The position numbers and the translations under genes are program-made. A DNA stretch of 24,017 nt from a virus (Duplodnaviria; Caudoviricetes), in the IMG/VR virus record IMGVR_UViG_3300042922_000770, positions 1-24,017 of that record; one strand, given 5' to 3'. Shown one piece after another: positions 18,463 to 24,017 of the stretch (within the stretch, counting starts at the first letter, position 1; each line of letters opens with the position of its first letter). The notes beneath the pieces are model-generated. The model was not told the DNA's origin, did no database searches, and worked only from the letters and a program-made list of their open reading frames with translations.

Positions 18463-18552
18463 GGTTAGCCTACGCGGGCGGGGATAGGTCGAGGGACCAA
18501 TGAAGATAATTACCGGCGCGCTAGGTTAATCCACGCGGGCGGGGGTAGGTTG
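18463..18552 (+). CRISPR. CRISPR-like mini-array: two ~29-nt repeats with one 32-nt spacer
   Basis: R1 GGTTAGCCTACGCGGGCGGGGATAGGTCG (18463-91), R2 GGTTAATCCACGCGGGCGGGGGTAGGTTG (18524-52), 24/29 identical, 61-nt period; spacer 18492-18523 matches 1469-1500 at 28/32. Confidence 0.7.
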
Positions 18553-18574
18553 CAATTCAGTTGATGAAAGGTAC

Positions 18575-18602
18575 AAAAAAACCGCCATTAGGCGGTTTTT
18601 TT
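18575..18602. terminator. Bidirectional intrinsic terminator
   Basis: A7-CCGCC-ATTA-GGCGG-T7; closes the tnpB/array transcript and the convergent sRNA. Confidence 0.85.
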
Positions 18603-18695
18603 GGCAGTAGAGAATTGGCGTTCTTAACTGCAAGTCCACTTAAGCAAAAGATAGTTTGGCATCCATCAAATGTTTCGTGAGACTGTCGATTGGTC
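18575..18695 (-). ncRNA. Putative type I antitoxin sRNA (~120 nt)
   Basis: Minus-strand promoter TTGACG(18730-25)-N17-GACAAT(18707-02); first 19 nt are complementary to 19219-19237; internal hairpin 18604-31; ends at the bidirectional terminator. Confidence 0.6.
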
Positions 18696-19237
18696 AATTC
18701 AATTGTCAATCACTCTGACGAGTACGTCAACTATGAATTTAATAGTTGCCACTTCACATGCCGATCAGATAGCACTACAACGTGAAAAAAAGTTGTACTG
18801 TTCCGCTGGTATAGTTTTATAATTTTCAAAGACCAGGACCAATCCTATAAATGACATTCTGGTCAGTCCTCTTGGGGCGATTTAAGATCGATTTTTAAGC
18901 ATTAGTGAAAAAAAACAGTCAATCAGGGAGAAAGCATCAGCTCAAAAAGCTGGCACTGACTCTATATCTAGCTATGATTTCATAGCTTAACATCACTAAA
19001 ATGAGGAGGAGAAACATGATTATGAACAATTGTTCTAGTTTGTTTAGGCCCTTCTCTGGAAGGGCTTAAAACACTTTTAATAGTGAAGCTATTTTGGCCG
19101 TAACCGGCCGTTAATGGTATCGAATACTTAAGTCGCACGCCTGTGGCAAGGCATCTGTGGGTCCGAAGATTCGGAAGTTCATCCGGATCTCCGGATTGTG
19201 GCTTTTGCCCCAGAGGTTGTGAGACTGTCGATTGGTC
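18677..19237 (+). repeat. Perfect 19-bp direct repeat GTGAGACTGTCGATTGGTC at 18677-18695 and 19219-19237
   Basis: Read directly from the sequence. Confidence 0.95.
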
Positions 19238-19316
19238 CCTTCGGTCACTCATGAGTGATTTGGTTGCCCTGATGCTACCTCTTGAGATGCAGCCTCCTCT
19301 ATTAGAGGAGAAAAGC

Positions 19317-19520
19317 ATGCCAAAAAAAAGTAAGAAATCGAACGGAAAAGTAGGCGGCATTCCAGCATTTTTTATCACGTTGGCTTTGTCTCTTTCTGCA
19401 CAGTTACCGGGCCATAGTGAAAAGGGCGACCTTGGATCTCAACCTTTAGTTAACGTGACGGTTAATAACGTCAATGTTTACAACAACATTACGATTATTA
19501 ATAACGGATCTGAGCGATAA
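19317..19520 (+). CDS. Small membrane/secreted peptide (67 aa), putative type I toxin
   Basis: GAGGAG RBS inside the hairpin CTCCTCT-ATT-AGAGGAG; basic N-terminus, hydrophobic segment GIPAFFITLALSLSA, Asn/Val-rich tail; followed by a terminator. Confidence 0.6.
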   Translation: MPKKSKKSNGKVGGIPAFFITLALSLSAQLPGHSEKGDLGSQPLVNVTVNNVNVYNNITIINNGSER

Positions 19521-19528
19521 AAACGAGG

Positions 19529-19566
19529 AGGGCAGAGTCTGTAAAAGGACTCTGCCCTTTCTCTTT
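19529..19566 (+). terminator. Intrinsic terminator after the 67-aa ORF
   Basis: AGGGCAGAGTC-N8-GACTCTGCCCT followed by TTCTCTTT. Confidence 0.7.
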
Positions 19567-19654
19567 GCGTAATGCGGTCTTCTGTCTATGCACTTTAATG
19601 CAGCCTTACAAACCCCTTCTTCTAGATTTCACTCTGCCTCAGAGTTCGCAAAGC

Positions 19655-19670
19655 CGGGACCGTGGTCCCG
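19655..19670. promoter_or_regulatory. sopC: sopC-type centromere site 3
   Basis: CGGGACCGTGGTCCCG within the extended palindrome GCCGGGACC-GT-GGTCCCGGC. Confidence 0.85.
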
Positions 19671-19692
19671 GCGCAGGCGGTCAGGCTCGTAA

Positions 19693-20088
19693 CTATTTGG
19701 GGAGGCCTTCGCCAACCTGGCACAGGATGTCGCCCAATGTCGCACCAACACTGCCGCCATCTTTTATGAAATCTGCATTAAACAAAAAGTTATTGCCCAG
19801 ATCATAATAATTTAGTTTTCCAAAACCCTGAGCGCATTCAGCATCACCAATCTTAATTTTGTAATACGTTATTTTCCCATCGTTCCTGAGCTTGTCTGTT
19901 CTAACTTGTTGAATAAGGCCTGTGGTAACGTTTTTCTCGTGCGAGAAAGACCCTTTTTTCCCATAAAAATCATACTTTTCGTTATTGTTTTCACTGCTTG
20001 ACATTGGAACCCAAACCTTCGGATCGACTTCAACTGCCAGAGCGTTCCCAGCCACAATCAACCCCAGTAATGCAGCGACCTTTATCAT
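19693..20088 (-). CDS. Hypothetical secreted/periplasmic protein
   Basis: AAGGA RBS, signal peptide ending GNALA, two Cys, AT-rich. Confidence 0.8.
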   Translation of the reverse strand: MIKVAALLGLIVAGNALAVEVDPKVWVPMSSSENNNEKYDFYGKKGSFSHEKNVTTGLIQQVRTDKLRNDGKITYYKIKIGDAECAQGFGKLNYYDLGNNFLFNADFIKDGGSVGATLGDILCQVGEGLPK

Positions 20089-20271
20089 CTTAAAAATCCT
20101 TATTGTGATTTATTGGGCACATTCTTATGGATTTGGCGCATGAATAAAAGTGCACGCCGATTTTTTTGAAGTGCTGATTGGTTTTGCGGGCTCACGTAGA
20201 ACAGTCAAAACATTACGGCAGATGGCCAGAACGCGGTAGCTGAACGGGGAGTGCACAAGTTAATCATCAAG

Positions 20272-20322
20272 CCGTACACCACCCGTACAAAATGTACGTA
20301 CAGCGTACGGGTATCATTGACA
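20272..20322 (+). promoter_or_regulatory. CGTAC-box cluster / palindrome next to TTGACA, probable TA operator-promoter
   Basis: ACCCGTAC...GTACGGGT inverted repeat (20281-20312), several CGTAC(A) boxes, TTGACA at 20317; the -10 is weak. Confidence 0.5.
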
Positions 20323-20575
20323 TTGGTGAAAAAAAGTGCGAAACTAAGCGTGTTCCAATGAGAACTAAATTTTAAATTCCAATTTTAATGAATAGTAAAT
20401 TTTCATAAAGCATTGTTAATCAATGCCATATACCTAGAAAAGTTTACCTAAAGGATAAAGTTATGCATTCACTGAAAGTCATGGTCCTGAGAGAACGAAG
20501 ATGTTTTGGATAAAACTAGAAAAGGAGGTAACTCACTGATTTTAATGATCAATATATAGTGTTTGGAGAGTTCTT

Positions 20576-20899
20576 ATGATGAGAAACACCGATGTGACAG
20601 GTGGTTCCGCAAACTTAGCTTTGGCCGGGGCCAAAGATACACGTGTCGAGCTGCGAACCAGTGTCGATATAAAAGAGAAGTTGCGTGCAGCAGCCTCTCT
20701 GGCTGGGGTGGACTTGAGTGCTTTTATTCTGATGGCTGCGACACGAGCTGCACAACAGACGCTGGATGAACAGCGAATGCGTGTGTTTAGCGAGAAAGAG
20801 TGGGATCACATGAACGCGCTTATTAATTCACCCCGTCAGGCTGGCAATAAACTGCGCACGCTTATGACGGGAGAAGTTAAATATGAGCGAGATTTTTGA
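20576..20899 (+). CDS. DUF1778 (TacA/AtaR/KacA-like) RHH antitoxin
   Basis: KDTRVELRTS...KE.L..AA.L.G..LS.FI..AA...A...L pattern, P....L..LM tail; overlaps a GNAT gene. Confidence 0.9.
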   Translation: MMRNTDVTGGSANLALAGAKDTRVELRTSVDIKEKLRAAASLAGVDLSAFILMAATRAAQQTLDEQRMRVFSEKEWDHMNALINSPRQAGNKLRTLMTGEVKYERDF

Positions 20900-21431
20900 T
20901 GTAAAGTTAGTGAAAGGTGATTCCGATGTAAAACTTAACGGAATCAAAAAGTTCGATTGTGGCGACAAAGTTCTGAACGATTTTTTACAGCAACTTAAGC
21001 GCCAGTGCAGCCGTGACAACATCCAGGCATTATTGCTTGTTAATGGTGATGGTACTGTCATTGGGTTTGTTACGGCAGCTTTACAGCAGGTTGGGAAGGA
21101 TGTCATTCCGGAAGGGATTTATCCATACGCACTTCCCCCTGTATTTACAGCTATGAAGGTTCCTATGATTGCTATCGACAAGCAATATCAAAGGCAAGGA
21201 TGGGGACTACAGCTGATGCGCGCTATTTTGGATTACTGTCTTGAAAGCGCAGCATTGGTAAAAGGTATCAAGGGCGTGATCCTTGACGCCAAGGTTGAGG
21301 CTCGCAGCTTCTATGAGGACTTCGATTTTGAAGCGATCAGTGAGGAGGTCAGCCCTAACAATACCATCCCAATGTTCATAACGATGGACACCTTACGGGA
21401 TAGTAAAAGTAAGCTGGATAAAAGCGCGTAG
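20883..21431 (+). CDS. GNAT acetyltransferase toxin (TacT/AtaT/KacT-like)
   Basis: FDCG...LNDFL, acetyl-CoA loop IAIDKQYQRQGWG..L, LDA...A..FYE.F.F motifs. Confidence 0.9.
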   Translation: MSEIFDVKLVKGDSDVKLNGIKKFDCGDKVLNDFLQQLKRQCSRDNIQALLLVNGDGTVIGFVTAALQQVGKDVIPEGIYPYALPPVFTAMKVPMIAIDKQYQRQGWGLQLMRAILDYCLESAALVKGIKGVILDAKVEARSFYEDFDFEAISEEVSPNNTIPMFITMDTLRDSKSKLDKSA

Positions 21432-21495
21432 CTTTAGACCAGATCTGTATACGCAAGAACAGGCCACTTTGGTGTCACCTGTTTAAGCTAAAGAA

Positions 21496-21533
21496 GGGCT
21501 ATCAGCGTGAGCTGATAGCCCCTTTTTGTTTTT
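21496..21533 (+). terminator. Intrinsic terminator after the GNAT toxin
   Basis: GGGCTATCAGC-GTGA-GCTGATAGCCC followed by T-runs. Confidence 0.8.
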
Positions 21534-21644
21534 GTCGCACAATGTTAAATATCTGGTAATAGCAGAGCTCTTGAAAAGATATGATTGTAGCTTCGCAAAT
21601 AACTGTCCATGAAGTCTGAAAATCCCTCTGACCTGGAGCCGTAA

Positions 21645-22835
21645 ATGACTGACACAGCCTATTCAAAAAGATTTCAAAGAGAAGTCGACCCTGAGCAATA
21701 CCTACAGCTGGTTGGAGTGGGGATAAACGACATTCATAGCCATGCAAGAGGCGATATTACATGTCCTATATGTGGAGCTGAAGGCGGAACGTTTGTTCGC
21801 GGGGCAACAAACGCAATGCGTAACCGAAGAGCTCACTTTCGCTTCAGAAATGCTGCTGATACGAGCAACCATCACCCAGCCTGTGACTACTACAATGATC
21901 GCCAGTCACCTGAATCAAGAAATCATCAGGTCTATTTTAGTCAAATCGATAAAACCAAAATAACAAAGGTGATACGACACATGGTATGTGCTGGAATTCA
22001 GGAACACCTTTTTACCCCTGACTCACTTCGTCAAATGCGGCAATGGATGTTTCAAAAACGAGTTGCATCGACTTTCATGGTGACGATTAGTTCAGAGCAG
22101 GTAGAGTGGTTAGAGTATCTGCGGGAGAAAGCGCAGGGTTTTATTAATCCAAAAGATATTGCGCCGTTTACACCAATTCAGGCAACCATCCCAGGTTTCT
22201 CCTGGAAAGACGCAATTCATAATGAGTTTATTCGCACTCATTCCTTTAATCTTTCCAAGCTTCAGGAGTTGAGGATATGGTATCCACAACTAAAAATGCT
22301 GCATCAGTTTGTGCGTAGCTCATCGGAAGCGTATCTGATTGACCCTGAGCTGTTAAGGAACGAATACCAAAAAACACGGCAACTGAACAATTTTATTATC
22401 AGCAACTATGCTGAGTTCAAGAATAAGGCGGTAAGGGATCGAGCTGACGGGGAGGTTAAGCTTCTTGCTTTCTCCGCTCTGCTTCTTTTTATTTCTGATT
22501 GGAATGTTGCCCAAGCTATCGAGAAATTCGCAATTATAGCCAATGTTCGTAAGGTTGATGACGATTTGGCTGCCAATTGCATTGGTCTTAACCCTTACCT
22601 TCGATATGAACTCGCTGAAACGGCTAAGAAGCTTCAAGAGAACGGCCCTTTCGATTATCAAGATATTGACTATTGGCAAGTCGAGCAACGAATGCGGCAT
22701 ATGTATGAAAAGGAAAATATTTCCCGCGCTGTGCCGCTTCCCCCACTGCCGGCTGATGAATACATTACACAACATCGGAAAAAAGAAGAGGATGAGGAAC
22801 GAATAAGACGCATGCTGAACAGCGAAGGAATATAG
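21645..22835 (+). CDS. Hypothetical protein with N-terminal Zn-ribbon-like motif
   Basis: 396-aa ORF, GGAG RBS, CPIC...AHFRF...HHPAC (CoiA-N-like arrangement); remainder unrecognised. Confidence 0.7.
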   Translation: MTDTAYSKRFQREVDPEQYLQLVGVGINDIHSHARGDITCPICGAEGGTFVRGATNAMRNRRAHFRFRNAADTSNHHPACDYYNDRQSPESRNHQVYFSQIDKTKITKVIRHMVCAGIQEHLFTPDSLRQMRQWMFQKRVASTFMVTISSEQVEWLEYLREKAQGFINPKDIAPFTPIQATIPGFSWKDAIHNEFIRTHSFNLSKLQELRIWYPQLKMLHQFVRSSSEAYLIDPELLRNEYQKTRQLNNFIISNYAEFKNKAVRDRADGEVKLLAFSALLLFISDWNVAQAIEKFAIIANVRKVDDDLAANCIGLNPYLRYELAETAKKLQENGPFDYQDIDYWQVEQRMRHMYEKENISRAVPLPPLPADEYITQHRKKEEDEERIRRMLNSEGI

Positions 22836-23032
22836 TTTTAAGATACATCGACTCGTTGATTTAGGCGGTCACTAATTGAGGATGTCTATAAGTTTCAATT
22901 GACCGCCATACTTCCAAAATCTCAGAAGGTAGGTGGCTACGCCGATGTGGATATGACGATGCCAGGGGCTCTTACAGCATATGAAGATTATGATAGAATG
23001 TAAACGATAAACCCTTTGCTCTTGAGGTAGCA

Positions 23033-23584
23033 ATGCGAAACATAGTAAATGGAAAAAAACCTGACAATAGCGCTATGGCAAAGAAGATGTTAATTATGCT
23101 GGTTATCACTATCATGCCATTGCCAATTGCTTTCGCTATCTTCTTAAATGATCCTCAATCTCAAATGCTCAGTTCCATATCTGCAGCAACAAGTGACTTT
23201 CCTGTACTCTGGTCCGTTAATAATCCCTTACTTAGTTCAGTGATGAATGCATGGTGCAAGACAGCGCCTTTTTGGGGATTGATTTTATTTATAATGTCAT
23301 TTAATCACATTGAAATAAATGGCAGGCAATCAGCGAGAGAAATGGTCAAAGGACTTGTATTATTCTCAGTGTTGTACTTTCCAATAATGTATATGTTGTT
23401 GCTTCACTCTACGGAGATAACTGAGTCCGGTAAGATTTATCAGGTAATGTCACAAAATGACTTTTTGCTGACTCTGCTTTTCATGAGTATTTATGCGGTG
23501 TGTTATATATCTACTGCTTATTACCTGCTCATAGTTGCTGCAACATGTAAGGCCTTAAGTAAAAAACGCAAGTTGTCATTTTAA
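23033..23584 (+). CDS. Colicin A/B/N-type immunity protein (inner membrane)
   Basis: 183 aa, four hydrophobic segments, P..WS.NNPLLS..M..WCKTAP motif, convergent with a pore-forming colicin gene. Confidence 0.88.
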   Translation: MRNIVNGKKPDNSAMAKKMLIMLVITIMPLPIAFAIFLNDPQSQMLSSISAATSDFPVLWSVNNPLLSSVMNAWCKTAPFWGLILFIMSFNHIEINGRQSAREMVKGLVLFSVLYFPIMYMLLLHSTEITESGKIYQVMSQNDFLLTLLFMSIYAVCYISTAYYLLIVAATCKALSKKRKLSF

Positions 23585-23602
23585 TTTCCAGATTATAAAA
23601 AT

Positions 23603-23632
23603 AAAAGGCAGACGGTTTCCCGTCTGCCTTTT
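23603..23632. terminator. Bidirectional terminator between immunity and toxin genes
   Basis: AAAAGGCAGACGG-TTTC-CCGTCTGCCTTTT. Confidence 0.85.
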
Positions 23633-23634
23633 AA

Positions 23635-24017
23635 TTAACGCGCCGGACGAATCACTTCATTGTTGATTTTGTCGACCAGCTTATCATCAATAAGTGATGC
23701 AGCCAGGCTGATCGCGATAACGCCGACGATCATGACTGCGGTTACCGGCAGGCCAGCTGTAGACGCAAGGAAAGTAGCCAGCGATGCAAGAATGCTCAGC
23801 GCAAAGCCTGTTGCAATACCGCTTAACACCCACGACTCTACTTCAAGCAGTAACGGCTTCCAGTTTCCGGTATTGATGCCTTCGATAGACTTCTGTCGGG
23901 CTTTCTCAACTTTCATGATTATATCCGCAGCAGAAAAAGCCTTGCCCAGATAAGCGAACTTATAGGCCATATCGGTAGCATTAAGATGGTTCCATGCATT
24001 GATAATCGCGGCTTTGT
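23635..24017 (-). CDS. Colicin A-like pore-forming bacteriocin, C-terminal part (5' end outside window)
   Basis: Frame open to the window edge (KAAIINAWNHLNATDMA...); MKVEK.R.KSIEG..TGNW.PL.LEVESWVLSGIA, hydrophobic hairpin and IDDK..D..NNE.IRPA end closely match the colicin A channel domain. Confidence 0.93.
   Translation of the reverse strand, partial: KAAIINAWNHLNATDMAYKFAYLGKAFSAADIIMKVEKARQKSIEGINTGNWKPLLLEVESWVLSGIATGFALSILASLATFLASTAGLPVTAVMIVGVIAISLAASLIDDKLVDKINNEVIRPAR

Larger units (their letters stand above)
1..24017. mobile_element. N15/phiKO2-like plasmid-prophage (segment)
   Basis: Lambdoid tail genes, then umuD, sopBA, dispersed sopC sites and a CA-like RNA/icd locus. Confidence 0.85.

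Noticed and set aside
18493-18499. GGGACCA sopC half-site inside the spacer
   Set aside because: No second half-site; likely coincidence.
18553-18574. Self-targets for the post-R2 sequence (partial matches near 1779-1790 and 18695-18705)
   Set aside because: Only 10-11 nt with a gap or mismatch, which is expected by chance.
18980-19520. 132-aa minus-strand ORF and the 125-aa GTG-started ORF
   Set aside because: No RBS or family motifs; the ATG at 19317 has a clear SD and the upstream part looks like structured leader.
21496-21525. TATCAGC...GCTGATA palindrome resembling the outer arms of N15 telRL
   Set aside because: Short hairpin with a T-tail and no central telO core; it fits a terminator.
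22863-22907. Imperfect inverted repeat GGCGGTCA...TGACCGCC
   Set aside because: Single copy with no associated element; cannot be assigned a function.

Overview
Part of an N15/phiKO2-like enterobacterial plasmid-prophage. 1-10059 is a lambdoid tail module (tape measure 3' part, M, L, K, I, J, accessory tail protein, S74-chaperone tail fibre) with one inserted secreted-protein gene. It is followed by a LexA-boxed umuDC operon, an AT-rich PD-(D/E)xK nuclease-like gene and an F/N15-type sopAB operon; three sopC palindromes are dispersed across the window. Divergent from sopA is a C4/CA antisense-RNA-controlled icd operon ending in a catalytically intact, translationally coupled TnpB with no tnpA. 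Downstream of TnpB are an omega-RNA-like region and a two-repeat mini-array, whose spacer matches the start of the phage's own inserted tail-region gene (29/33 nt, 1468-1500). This is the top candidate for an undescribed RNA-guided system. The accessory right part holds a probable unannotated type I toxin-antitoxin pair, a secreted protein, a DUF1778/GNAT type II TA, a Zn-ribbon hypothetical, and a colicin A-like pore-forming toxin (cut by the window edge) with its convergent immunity gene. All assignments come from reading the sequence and recalled family motifs; no searches were run.
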